From NCBI GenBank assembly GCA_014730115.1, contig WJIU01000024.1, forward strand, positions 41,316 to 105,315: DNA of 64,000 nt, read 5' to 3'. The stretch comes from Candidatus Micrarchaeota archaeon (GTDB taxonomy: Archaea > Micrarchaeota > Micrarchaeia > Anstonellales > Bilamarchaeaceae). Positions 1 to 9,367 of the stretch are shown here, one piece after another. Numbering within the stretch: position 1 is the stretch's first letter; every line of letters begins with the position of its first letter. The notes beneath the pieces are model-generated. The model ran no database searches, was not told where the DNA came from, and saw nothing but the letters and a program-made list of their open reading frames with translations. Made by a program: the position numbers and the translations under genes.

Positions 1-416
1 GCGCGGTTTCCCTGCTCCTGAAAAAATACGATGCCTACTATGTTTTCAAGCCATTCCCCCTGCCCAGGCACCAGCAGAGCTATGAGGCGGCCAAGGCAGT
101 CCTCTGCGCTGAAAGGCAGGGGATGCACTACCAGCTGAAGAACAGGATTTTCGCAGAGCAGATGGAGTGCTCCGGGGAGGGGGAACTTGACCTGGAGAAC
201 ATGGCAGAGCAGGCCGGCCTTGATATGGAAGAGTTCAATTCATGCTTCAGGGGGGGCGAGGTTTCAGAGGAGCTGGACGCATTTGTCCAGCAGGGATATG
301 ATTCAAACATCTATGCAACGCCCACCTTCTTCATAAACGGCGAAGCCATGGTAGGGCCCCAGACCCTTCAGGAATTTGAATCCAGGATAGAGGAGATGCA
401 GAATGAATCGCAGTGA
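1..416 (+). CDS. DsbA-family thioredoxin-fold protein (5' truncated by window edge)
   Basis: In-frame FKPFPLPRH..AAKAVLCAERQG upstream of the listed ORF; C-terminal ATPTFFING cis-Pro motif. Confidence 0.8.
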   Translation, partial: AVSLLLKKYDAYYVFKPFPLPRHQQSYEAAKAVLCAERQGMHYQLKNRIFAEQMECSGEGELDLENMAEQAGLDMEEFNSCFRGGEVSEELDAFVQQGYDSNIYATPTFFINGEAMVGPQTLQEFESRIEEMQNESQ

Positions 417-1587
417 TTTTCCGCTTCTTGGGAAATACCCCGGGCTTATTTACCTGGACAGTGCCTGCACCTCCCTGAAGCCGGAACAGGTCATTGAGGC
501 GGAGGCTTCATACTACCGGAAGCTGGGGGGATGCGCAGGGAGAAGCTCCCATTCCCTGGGAAGGAAAACCAATGAAAAGCTGGAGCAGTCCAGGGAAAGG
601 ATTGCCGGATTCGTGAATGCAGAGCCGGAAGGAATGGTGTGGACAAGGAACACCACCGAGGCGCTCAATCTGCTTGCCGGCTCATTTGATTTCTCGGAAA
701 GAAAAAAGGTGGTAACAACAGTTATGGAGCACCACGCAGTGCTTCTTCCTTTCATGAGGCTCAGGGACAGGGGGGTTATAGAGCTGGAAGTACTGGGCTG
801 CGATGAAGAGGGAAGGATTGTCTCTGAAAAATGGGAGCAATCAGTGGACAAAGACACCGCCCTGGTGGTGACCAACAGCGGAAACAACACCACCGGGCAC
901 CGGCAGGACGTGGCCGCGCTTTCCAGGCTGGCCCATGACAACGGGGCGCTCATATGCGTGGACGGGGCGCAGGGAGTCGCCCACCACCGGACTGATTTCA
1001 GAAAAGAGGGTTGCGACTTTCTATGCTTCTCTGCACACAAGATGCTGGGCCCAACCGGCATAGGGGCCTTTGCGGCAAAAAAGGATTTGCTTGAGAAGAT
1101 GCAGCCCTTCATAGTGGGAGGAGGCATAGTAAAAACGCTCAATCTTGAGAACGCGGATTACATGCAGGGCCATTCAAGGTTTGAGGCAGGCATCCAGGAC
1201 TATGCAGGCATAATCGGGTTTGCCGCAGCCTGCGATTACCTTGACTCACTGGGAATGGAAAACGTGGAAGAGCACGAGCGGAAACTGGCCAGGGAGCTTG
1301 TTGAACAGCTGAGAAATGCAGGCGCAGAGATTTACGGCGGATTCTCAGAAAGCAGTGCTGCGCTGTGCTCTTTTAATTTCAAAAACGGAAAGCCCCATGA
1401 TGTGGCCCTGATGCTGGACAAACAGGGCGTTGCCCTGAGAAGCGGATTCTTCTGCGCCCAGCCGGCAATGGAGGCAATGGGTGCAAAGCAGGGGGCAGTA
1501 AGGGCCAGCGGATATGTGTACAATTCTGTGGAAGAGATAAAGAAGTTCGGGGAAAAGCTGGAGCACATAAGCGCCCTGTACCAATAA
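403..1587 (+). CDS. sufS: SufS-type cysteine desulfurase (class V PLP aminotransferase)
   Basis: YLDSACTS, DGAQ, FSAHKMLGPTG (PLP Lys), RSGFFCA catalytic Cys. Confidence 0.9.
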   Translation: MNRSDFPLLGKYPGLIYLDSACTSLKPEQVIEAEASYYRKLGGCAGRSSHSLGRKTNEKLEQSRERIAGFVNAEPEGMVWTRNTTEALNLLAGSFDFSERKKVVTTVMEHHAVLLPFMRLRDRGVIELEVLGCDEEGRIVSEKWEQSVDKDTALVVTNSGNNTTGHRQDVAALSRLAHDNGALICVDGAQGVAHHRTDFRKEGCDFLCFSAHKMLGPTGIGAFAAKKDLLEKMQPFIVGGGIVKTLNLENADYMQGHSRFEAGIQDYAGIIGFAAACDYLDSLGMENVEEHERKLARELVEQLRNAGAEIYGGFSESSAALCSFNFKNGKPHDVALMLDKQGVALRSGFFCAQPAMEAMGAKQGAVRASGYVYNSVEEIKKFGEKLEHISALYQ

Positions 1588-1588
1588 G

Positions 1589-2797
1589 TCAGGCCAGCAG
1601 ATTGGGGGAAAACACCAGCATAACTCCAAGAACCAAAAGCACAACCCCGCCAACCAGCCGGCAGTACTTTGCATAAGACTCCCCGGTGATGCCGCTCATT
1701 GTCCATCCCGCAAGCCCGAAGACAAGCATGTCGTCAAGCATGAAGAAAATATCGTAAAGTGCAATATAGGCATAATACTCCAGGGTGGAGAGGTCGCTTA
1801 GCGCAAGCACCTCAGTGAATACTGCGGGAAGGGCAAAGGAGCAGAGGAACTCAATGGAATTCACACTGAATGCAAGCACTATTATCCCCAGCAAAGTTGC
1901 CCAGGTAAGCGGGGCGGAAATCAGGGACCTCATGTCCGACATCATCTTTTTCCTGCCTTCAACATCAGTAACTTTGCAAACCAGCGCCCCTTTTGTTTCA
2001 ATGAATTCCTTTACCGAGACTATTCCCCCTCCCAGGGCAAACAGCCCCACCATTATGGTAACCGGCCGGACATAGCTCAGGAAAAGGAACACATTGAGCC
2101 AGGCGGTCATGAAGAGAAAGTACAGGATTCCGGAGGCAGCCACGAAAATGGCGACCACCAGAAGCATCCTTTTCCTGTCGCCGAAGCCCATCAGCAGGGC
2201 GATGAGGTATACCAGCACCCACATTGCACAGGGGTTGAAGCCGTCAACCAGGCCCAGCACCACTGCAAGAACAGGAAGCGAAAATCCGGAAAGGTCGGTC
2301 CTGCCGAAGAAGGGAAGGTCGATGCTGCCGGTAAGCTCTTCTATTGATTCCGGTTCCTTCGCGGCAATCGGTTCCCCGCCCTCCAGGGACTGGTTCAGCG
2401 CCTGGATTATCTTTTCCCCGGTTGTGTTCCTGGACTCAAAGCCGATGAATGCATATCCGTTGAAGAAGGTGGCGGGAACGCCGAGGCCGGAGAAGCCGAT
2501 GCTGTGGTTCTGGGCCATCATCTGGAGCAGGCGGGAATCCTGGGGGACGGTCACATCATGGTATTCGAATTTCACATCCGGAAATTCCTGCATCAGCTCC
2601 TGGTTGAATTCCTTCTGCATTTCGCAGTGGGGGCAGGAGGGGCTGTAGAAGAAATGGACGGTAAGTTCATAGTCCTTTCCGTTTTCCCCTGCCCCTGCGG
2701 TTTCAAAAAAGAATACTGCAATGCCCAGTACAAGAAGTGCGGCCACCAGGTAGCGGTTGAAGGGCTTGCTCAGAAACTCCCTGGTTTCGTCAAGCAT
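1589..2797 (-). CDS. Membrane protein with thioredoxin/glutaredoxin domain fused to a DsbD/CcdA-like TM domain
   Basis: CPHC motif, GVPATFFNG, DGFNPCAMWVL and EFLCS in TM part; ATG at 2797 overlaps the upstream stop. Confidence 0.8.
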   Translation of the reverse strand: MLDETREFLSKPFNRYLVAALLVLGIAVFFFETAGAGENGKDYELTVHFFYSPSCPHCEMQKEFNQELMQEFPDVKFEYHDVTVPQDSRLLQMMAQNHSIGFSGLGVPATFFNGYAFIGFESRNTTGEKIIQALNQSLEGGEPIAAKEPESIEELTGSIDLPFFGRTDLSGFSLPVLAVVLGLVDGFNPCAMWVLVYLIALLMGFGDRKRMLLVVAIFVAASGILYFLFMTAWLNVFLFLSYVRPVTIMVGLFALGGGIVSVKEFIETKGALVCKVTDVEGRKKMMSDMRSLISAPLTWATLLGIIVLAFSVNSIEFLCSFALPAVFTEVLALSDLSTLEYYAYIALYDIFFMLDDMLVFGLAGWTMSGITGESYAKYCRLVGGVVLLVLGVMLVFSPNLLA

Positions 2798-3125
2798 CAG
2801 TCTTTCTCTCCCTGAAGTCCATGTCAATTCCGCCGCCGACTCCGAGAATGATATTGTATACTATGGCAGCGACTGCGCCAATGATAAACGCAAGGATGCT
2901 GTTGAGCACGAGCACTATCATTCCGAAGACGATGAACATCACAAAGCCGATAAGGCCCCCTCCCAGCATCTCAACCGGACTGTCAGACATAAATATTCCA
3001 AGCAATGTGGCGAGACCAAGAACCAGCCCGCTCAGCAGCAGGAATATGAGCCCGATGACAAAGCTCCATATGGCCAGAAGCCTTCCCAGGGAAATCACAC
3101 CGATGTGAGTAAGCGTAACTTTCAT
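2790..3125 (-). CDS. Small membrane protein (DUF3566-like)
   Basis: Two long hydrophobic segments; C-terminal YN..GVGGGI motif. Confidence 0.65.
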   Translation of the reverse strand: MKVTLTHIGVISLGRLLAIWSFVIGLIFLLLSGLVLGLATLLGIFMSDSPVEMLGGGLIGFVMFIVFGMIVLVLNSILAFIIGAVAAIVYNIILGVGGGIDMDFRERKTDA

Positions 3126-3187
3126 GCTAGATTCTGCAGATACATGATTTATATAGGTTAAGGGAGGGTTATTTCAGGGTATTTTGT

Positions 3188-3505
3188 ATGATTGTAGCCA
3201 CAACAGGCGAGATGGAGCAGTACAAGATAAAGGAAGTGCTGGGAATAGTCAGGGGAAACACCGTCCGTGCAAAATGGATAGGAAAGGATTTCCTTGCCGG
3301 GCTCAGGCAGTTTGTTGGCGGCGAGCTCACGGAGTATACCGAGATGATGACCGAGGCGAGGGACGAAGCATTCAAAAGAATGATGAAAGAGGCCGAGGAA
3401 AAAGGTGCGGATGCTGTGCTTGAAGTAAGATTCACCAGTTCAGATGTCATGGCATCGGCAGCAGAAATACTTGTTTATGGAACCGCAGTGAAACTCAGGA
3501 AGTGA
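3188..3505 (+). CDS. YbjQ/UPF0145 heavy-metal-binding domain protein
   Basis: GIVRG, VGGELTEY, GADAVLEVRF, EILVYGTAV. Confidence 0.9.
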   Translation: MIVATTGEMEQYKIKEVLGIVRGNTVRAKWIGKDFLAGLRQFVGGELTEYTEMMTEARDEAFKRMMKEAEEKGADAVLEVRFTSSDVMASAAEILVYGTAVKLRK

Positions 3506-4468
3506 TCAGGTTCCTGTTTTGGGCTTCCTGAAATAGTTCCAGCCGACTCTTATTACTGTTATCGGATGATAAAGCAGCACCTTTATTCCTGTTTTCCTTC
3601 CGTGAGGGCTGATTGCCAGGCGCGTCATAAGGGCTCTTCCATTTACATCAGCAGCAAGTTTGGCAAGCAGCTTTGTCCCGCCCCTGCTCATGAAAATATC
3701 GGACATTCTTTTTCTTCTTTCTTCTGACCTGAAAAGTTTGCCGAATGTATCTGCAGAACTGTCCGGGTTGAGCACAAGATAATCAAAAAGCAGGCTTCTT
3801 GCTTCCGGATTTTTCAGGATACGGCAGCACAGGCTGGCATTCTCATCACTTTCTGAAAGCGAAACAAAAACTTTACCCGGCATTTCCCTGTTTCTGAGCA
3901 TAGGAAGGATTTCGGCTGCAGGGTCCTGGGAATTCATGAAGGGAGCCAGGCTTATGGAAGGTAGCGGCTCTTCCTTTTCATCCGGTATTTTTGTTTCCTG
4001 GCCAAGCCGTTTCAGGATTCTGAATATGGCAGGCCATCCTCGCAAAGGGCTTTTGAGCATGTTCCTTGCCACCTGGCGTCCGGGTCCGGTCTGGCCGACC
4101 TTGACCAGCACAGTGAGCCCGGACTGGATTTTCCCCACCCTTACAAAAGCTTCAATGCCTTCAGGGGTCTTGAGGAAATCAGACATTATCTTGGTTGCAC
4201 CCGGGATTGAAAGAGCATCCAGATAAGTTGAAAACAGGTTGGAATCAGAAGCCAGCCCGTCAAGCTCTTTCCTGCCTTTCCTTGTATTTACATGTTCCCC
4301 CAGCGTTCCATCAAAAAATGCGGTAAGTATCCCATGCTTCATTATGCCCAGCTTTTGGAGGCTATATTGAAAAAGCTCCAGTTCTTTTGGCCTTGAATCC
4401 CTGCGAGGGCCGTAAGGCAGCCTGGCTTTTGAATCGGATTTTACTCTGTTGCGGCGACTGAAAAGCAT
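3506..4468 (-). CDS. Hypothetical alpha-helical repeat protein
   Basis: 320-aa ORF with own AT-rich upstream region; recurring short units such as KTPEG, KNPEAR, SRGG, DVNGR, SPHGR. Confidence 0.55.
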   Translation of the reverse strand: MLFSRRNRVKSDSKARLPYGPRRDSRPKELELFQYSLQKLGIMKHGILTAFFDGTLGEHVNTRKGRKELDGLASDSNLFSTYLDALSIPGATKIMSDFLKTPEGIEAFVRVGKIQSGLTVLVKVGQTGPGRQVARNMLKSPLRGWPAIFRILKRLGQETKIPDEKEEPLPSISLAPFMNSQDPAAEILPMLRNREMPGKVFVSLSESDENASLCCRILKNPEARSLLFDYLVLNPDSSADTFGKLFRSEERRKRMSDIFMSRGGTKLLAKLAADVNGRALMTRLAISPHGRKTGIKVLLYHPITVIRVGWNYFRKPKTGT

Positions 4469-4508
4469 AATTTATTTGTGTATTAATATGTTTTTAAATG
4501 AATATGAA

Positions 4509-5576
4509 CTAATTGCAGGTTATCTTTTCTGCAACATATTCGTATCCGGATTCAGTGAAACCGAATTTAGGGTGGGATGAATAAACCCTGCTGGGGTCGG
4601 CCCTCAGCCCCATCACCGTAACCCCGCCCAGGTAGTTGGAATTGCCGATGCACTTGTGCGGGGCTGTGCCTTCGGGGAGCCGGTCCGGATTGGAGCAGTA
4701 GGAGAACATGCAGTCCCCTTCTTCCAGCAAAGAGCAGCCGGCCTTTTCAAAATCAACAGGGTTGGGATTTTCCGGAACCGGCCAGTAGCAGTACTGGTCC
4801 CACAGGCCCAGTGAATGGCCAAGCTCATGGACCGATGTGGCGGCCGCTGTTTCCATGTCCTCAACAGAAATGGAAACCAGGTGATGGGAGGCGATGCTGC
4901 ATTCAGTGAATGTTTCCGAGCGGTTGTACAGGTAGACAGTCACATTCTCTGTTCCTCCGGCAAGAAATGAATTTCCCTCCCTGCACGGCTGGAAAGATTT
5001 GTGCACCCTGAGTTTTTCCGGGCATTTCACAAGAGGCGTGTGATAGACAAATGCAGCCACTGAATTGCCCACCAGCTCATCAAACTCTTCAGAAGTAAGG
5101 CCATTGGACACAAAATGGATTGTATAGGAAGCATCAGTACACTCCCCTTCAACAAGCACTTCATTAAATCCACATCCGGGGTGCTCCTTTATTGCGGATT
5201 CCACACAATTGTTGTTTACGCAGAACTCTCTGTCCCCGCACAGCGAATCATCATAATAGCAGCCGGGATGGCCTTCATCCTGTATGAAAATACATGAATT
5301 GTTTTCACAGGAGTATCCGCGGGGGCACCGGGGATATGAAAATTCGCAGCCCTGCTTCAGGACGCAGCGGTTTCCCCGGCATTCATATTCATCTCCGCAT
5401 CCAGGGTTTCCATATTCACATCCCATCCCTGAATCAACGGGTGCAGGAGCCTGCAAAGTGGATATGTTTTCCCGGTGCGGAGAAGTGCCAGACTGATTGT
5501 TTTCTGCAACCTCCTGCGGCTGCTCCATGCATCCGCAGAACAGAATCATAAGCAATGCAAGCGCCAGAATCCGCAT
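4509..5576 (-). CDS. Lipoprotein with Cys-rich repeats and zincin metallopeptidase domain
   Basis: Lipobox-like LFCGC; GC..C..C..C repeats; HELGHSLGLWDQY. Confidence 0.75.
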   Translation of the reverse strand: MRILALALLMILFCGCMEQPQEVAENNQSGTSPHRENISTLQAPAPVDSGMGCEYGNPGCGDEYECRGNRCVLKQGCEFSYPRCPRGYSCENNSCIFIQDEGHPGCYYDDSLCGDREFCVNNNCVESAIKEHPGCGFNEVLVEGECTDASYTIHFVSNGLTSEEFDELVGNSVAAFVYHTPLVKCPEKLRVHKSFQPCREGNSFLAGGTENVTVYLYNRSETFTECSIASHHLVSISVEDMETAAATSVHELGHSLGLWDQYCYWPVPENPNPVDFEKAGCSLLEEGDCMFSYCSNPDRLPEGTAPHKCIGNSNYLGGVTVMGLRADPSRVYSSHPKFGFTESGYEYVAEKITCN

Positions 5577-5629
5577 AAAATAGATTGCCGGGGCTTTCTT
5601 ATAAAGGTAATACCGGTACAGAGGAAAAA

Positions 5630-5770
5630 AAGATTGGCATTGCCCGCTACTCCTCTGCGCACGCGCACTTTATGGCCTCAACACAACGCTTTATTTTTGG
5701 GGTTAGAACCGTACCTACGGCTCCACCTGTACTGGCGTCTGCAAACGATAGGCCTGAATCTCTCAATCTT
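5630..5770 (-). ncRNA. Candidate structured non-coding RNA, family unknown
   Basis: Terminal aagattg/caatctt stem, internal hairpins with G-U pairs on the minus strand, 3' U-tract. Confidence 0.4.
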
Positions 5771-5777
5771 TACGTTC

Positions 5778-6110
5778 CTATTTTTCCATGCCATAAGTAC
5801 CTAGTATCGCCTTGTCGACATCCCTTCCGCTCAGGTGAACATACACGCCGGCCATGTCCGAGCCCTGGACCCACCCGAAACAGGCCTTCATCCGGGCTTC
5901 AGTAAGCTTGTTGGCCATGACGGTAGCCCTTGAATGGCGGAAGTTGGGGGGTTGACCCTCTTCTTTATTCCAGCCTTTCTGGCCAGCTTTTTGATGATAT
6001 TCGCAGCATTCGTGTACCTGCATGGCAGTTTGTCCTTATAGCCCCGATGCAGGTTCCTTGTCCAGGCCTAGGCTTCCGGGTCGTTCTTGTATGGATGGAA
6101 GCCCGAGCCC
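5778..6110 (-). pseudogene. Tyrosine recombinase/integrase remnant (C-terminal part, with stop and frameshifts)
   Basis: Across frames: HPYKNDPEA*, RYTNAANIIKKLARKAGIKKRVNP, NFRHSRAT..LTEARMKACFGW..SDMAGVYVHLSGRDVD; just downstream of the tRNA-His 3' end. Confidence 0.85.
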
Positions 6111-6254
6111 GGGGGAAAAACCACCCGGAGATTCTCCGGCAGTCGCATTTCATGGAAATGCATCTGCCCGGGACTCCAATTCAGAAGAAAGGGCCATGCA
6201 CGAGAAATCAAAATGATTTCTCGGACGTGCCTAAAAATCGGCAAAAGATTTTTA

Positions 6255-6327
6255 GGGCCACGGCCGAGAATCGAACTCGGGCCTAGGGGACCACAACCCC
6301 TCACGCTGCCACTACGCCACCGTGGCC
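6255..6327 (-). tRNA. tRNA-His(GTG), intronless, G-1 encoded, CCA not encoded
   Basis: GGCCACGGTGGCGTAGTGGCAGCGTGAGGGGTT-GTG-GTCCCCTAGGCCCGAGTTCGATTCTCGGCCGTGGCCC folds as a cloverleaf. Confidence 0.95.
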
Positions 6328-6352
6328 ATAAGAATGGGAAAAAAGGATGAGG

Positions 6353-7255
6353 TCAAATATTTATAAGGTCTCCTTTTGCAGCTGCCAAAACCCGGGAGCC
6401 GTCACCGCAGAAAAATTCCACATCCTTTGCTCCGGTCTGCTCAAGATAATAGACAAGGTCGTCAAAGTCAGCATGGTCGCTCATGGGAAATGAAGCGTCG
6501 GTGTTGAACGAGTAATGCAGGGCCCAGCCGGTTGCAACCGCACAAAGGGTCTTTTTCCGGAATGCCCTTTCCAGCCTTGCCGCAAAATATCTCTTTGCCT
6601 TTCTCATTGGAAGGATTGCCACAAACCTTCCTGACATCGCCTCTTCCGCTTCATCCGTTCCAACAACCACCCGGTCAAGCCTGACCCCGTGCTTCTCATA
6701 GATGCTGCAGAATCTTTCCGCACGCTCGGTAACTACCGGTGCAACTGAGCATTCATTAAGAATCTTCACCATTTCCTGGGTCTTGCCCAGTGCATAGCTT
6801 CCTATGATTATATTGCTTGAGTCATTCGCCTGGACCCATTTCTGTATTTCCGAGTACACCTCTTCGGGGGCGGGAAAGCGGTAGGAAGGGTCGCCGTAGG
6901 TGGCCTCCATGACCAGCCGGTCACAGGATGGGATTTCAGCCTTCCAGCCGAAGATGTTCGGCTTCAGGGAAATGTCCCCGGTATAAACCGCAAGCTCCCC
7001 GTCGTTTTCAAGCGCCAGCTGCCTGGCGCCCAGCATGTGGCCGGCATCCATCATCCTGGTGCCCGGCACCTGCACAATCTCAGCCTTTATTCCTGCAAGG
7101 TCCCTGGTTGCAGGCGTGGATATCAGCCTTTCCTTTCTTTTAAGGCCTGAGGTATGGTCGGAATGGGCGTGGGACAGGAAAGGTATGTCCCCGTGAGGGC
7201 TGTCCAGCCCGATTTTGATTCCTTTGCATGGGATATGCATGCAGGAGTTAATCAA
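6353..7255 (-). CDS. MBL-fold/beta-CASP exonuclease
   Basis: SHAHSDH, AGHMLGA, YTGD, MEATYG, SYALGKTQ, SDHADF. Confidence 0.85.
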   Translation of the reverse strand: MINSCMHIPCKGIKIGLDSPHGDIPFLSHAHSDHTSGLKRKERLISTPATRDLAGIKAEIVQVPGTRMMDAGHMLGARQLALENDGELAVYTGDISLKPNIFGWKAEIPSCDRLVMEATYGDPSYRFPAPEEVYSEIQKWVQANDSSNIIIGSYALGKTQEMVKILNECSVAPVVTERAERFCSIYEKHGVRLDRVVVGTDEAEEAMSGRFVAILPMRKAKRYFAARLERAFRKKTLCAVATGWALHYSFNTDASFPMSDHADFDDLVYYLEQTGAKDVEFFCGDGSRVLAAAKGDLINI

Positions 7256-7267
7256 AGAAGGATTAAA

Positions 7268-7582
7268 TCATTTAAGGTCAATGTCCTTTGCCAGCAGATA
7301 ATACCCTACAAACGCCTCCCTCATGACAGTTCCGTGAACCTCAACCGATGAGCCTTCCGGCGGAAGAAGCTCGCTTGAGACAAGCATGGATTCATTTTCC
7401 CCCTGCAGATGGAATCCCGACAGCTTACCGATCTTGAATGATTTCCTGACGGTGCCTTTGACCAGGACCTTCTCCCCCAGGTAGGCTTCAGGGTCTTTTT
7501 CAATCTCTTCAACGGTCATTGCCTCCGGTCCCAGGCAGCCGAAGGCCAGAACAGCAAAAACAAGCAATGCAAGATGCTTCAT
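7268..7582 (-). CDS. Small OB-fold lipoprotein
   Basis: Lipobox AFGC; GEKVLVKGTV and VEVHGTV OB strands. Confidence 0.65.
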   Translation of the reverse strand: MKHLALLVFAVLAFGCLGPEAMTVEEIEKDPEAYLGEKVLVKGTVRKSFKIGKLSGFHLQGENESMLVSSELLPPEGSSVEVHGTVMREAFVGYYLLAKDIDLK

Positions 7583-7611
7583 AAACTGTAAAAACATGGA
7601 ATTCTTATAAA

Positions 7612-8307
7612 TCAGCACATTGTCGGGTCATCATCCTCATCATACTCATAGGCCAGGGTTCTTCGGATGAGCTTTGCCTTCTTTCTGCCCATGCCGGGAA
7701 CAGATGCTATTTCCCTTTCCGAAGCCCCGGCAAGCCCTTCCACAGTACCGAAATGATTGAGAAGCGCCTTTGCAAGCTTCGGCCCCACCATCGGCAGCAT
7801 CTCCACAATGGAGCGGAGTGTCTGGGAAGGGGTGAGAGTTCTTCTTTTTGCATGGATGCGCATGGGCTGCTTTTTTGCAACCTGCTCATGCTTTGCAAAA
7901 TGGAAAATGATTCTTGCAGTCCTCAGCATATCCCGGGTAAACAGAAGCGATGCCCCGTATCTGGCGATTACGCTGGCATAGGCGCCCATAAGAGAATTCT
8001 TTCTTATCCGGCTTTTCCCTTTCCTTTTGCCCTCCACGATAATAACTACCCTTTCATAATTGGAAACAAGGTCAGGAAGCTGGGAGAATAGCCTCCCGTC
8101 AATTATTGACTGCTCAAAATCTGTACGGGTCTTTCTTTCAACTGCCAGCCTTGAAGAGCAGAGAAAATCGGCAACCGGCAGCTGCATTCTTTTTGTTGCT
8201 GCCCCCATTTTTCCAAGCAGGCGGTCAAACTCGGGGTCTTCCCGGTGGTCTATTGCTATCTCAATCTGGCTTCCATCGCCCTCGGAACTCAGGAACGTCT
8301 GCATCAC
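7612..8307 (-). CDS. xpf: ERCC4/XPF structure-specific endonuclease (short form: nuclease plus HhH2)
   Basis: IDHRE, VADF, VERKTRTDF..SIIDGRL, C-terminal tandem HhH (PMVGPK, PGMGRK). Confidence 0.9.
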   Translation of the reverse strand: MMQTFLSSEGDGSQIEIAIDHREDPEFDRLLGKMGAATKRMQLPVADFLCSSRLAVERKTRTDFEQSIIDGRLFSQLPDLVSNYERVVIIVEGKRKGKSRIRKNSLMGAYASVIARYGASLLFTRDMLRTARIIFHFAKHEQVAKKQPMRIHAKRRTLTPSQTLRSIVEMLPMVGPKLAKALLNHFGTVEGLAGASEREIASVPGMGRKKAKLIRRTLAYEYDEDDDPTMC

Positions 8308-8984
8308 TTCACCCTGCTTAGATATTCCTTTATCTCATCAAACCCGATTGAGCAGCCGGAATACTTTATCTTGTACAATGCAGCACGGAGGGCATCCTTC
8401 TCCAGCTTGCCGTAATTTTTGAAAAAGCCGTTTTCATATGCCAGCATCACCAGCTCGCTGCTTCTCAGTGCTTTCTTGGAGGATACACCTGACGTAAGTT
8501 CCTGGTAGTTGTTCTTGTTGACCATAATGTTTACATTGAACTCTTTCTCAAGATGCTCCTTGAGCCGCTGGGGGGCCTCCATGAGCATCCTGGTGGTCCG
8601 CTCGTCAATCATGATGTATTCCAGGTCAAGTTTTTTGGAAAGTGCAAGCACTTCAGACTCACCGGACTGTACCAGTTTCAGAGGCCTGCCCCGCGCAAAA
8701 AAGACATTGTTTGCCATGCCCATAAATCGTTCTGCCTCCTCTTCAACATCAGCATCGACCACCGTTACAACCCCGTCCTGAATGGCATCCCTGATGCGTA
8801 TTGCGGAGAAGAGATACTCCTTCAGGTTCCTTTCAATCGGCCCTTTCACCGATTCCTCTTCTACAGAGGGGGGAATCACAAACCTGACATCATGGTTTTC
8901 TGCAAAAAAATAGAGCAGCCGGTCCAGGCAGGACGATGTCAGGGAAATCAGTACGCCGGAATCACAAAGAACGTTCCTGCTCAT
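8304..8984 (-). CDS. PIN-domain-like protein
   Basis: LCDSGVLI, IPPSVEEE, GESEVLAL, IDERTTR acidic residues. Confidence 0.7.
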   Translation of the reverse strand: MSRNVLCDSGVLISLTSSCLDRLLYFFAENHDVRFVIPPSVEEESVKGPIERNLKEYLFSAIRIRDAIQDGVVTVVDADVEEEAERFMGMANNVFFARGRPLKLVQSGESEVLALSKKLDLEYIMIDERTTRMLMEAPQRLKEHLEKEFNVNIMVNKNNYQELTSGVSSKKALRSSELVMLAYENGFFKNYGKLEKDALRAALYKIKYSGCSIGFDEIKEYLSRVK

Positions 8985-9364
8985 GATTTCATCTCCATCA
9001 GGTTTACCTTTCTCCGGCGCGGCCCGTCCAGCTCCACCAGCAGGATGCTCTGCCAGGTTCCCAGCACAAGCTTATTGTCCCTTACCGGAATCACCAGGGA
9101 ACTGTTTAGGGTAGTGGAAACCAGGTGGGCCCCTGCATTGTTGTCAATCCGGTTGTGTTCCCAGTCTCCCCTGGCCAGGGCACTGTAGAATTTCTTCAGG
9201 TCTGTTTTGAGGTTGGACTCATTTTCATTGATAACCAAGGCAGCGGTGGTGTGGGGGGTATGCAGCACAATACAGCCGTTGTCGAGCGCTTGGGCTGATT
9301 CAACATCGCCGGTAATATCGATGATTTGGATTTTTTCATTGGTTTCTGCTTCAATAGATTTCAT
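8981..9364 (-). CDS. yjbQ: YjbQ/UPF0047 (secondary thiamine-phosphate synthase) family protein
   Basis: HTTAALVINE, HNRIDNNAGAH, LGTWQSILLVELDGPR. Confidence 0.9.
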   Translation of the reverse strand: MKSIEAETNEKIQIIDITGDVESAQALDNGCIVLHTPHTTAALVINENESNLKTDLKKFYSALARGDWEHNRIDNNAGAHLVSTTLNSSLVIPVRDNKLVLGTWQSILLVELDGPRRRKVNLMEMKS

Positions 9365-9367
9365 ATA

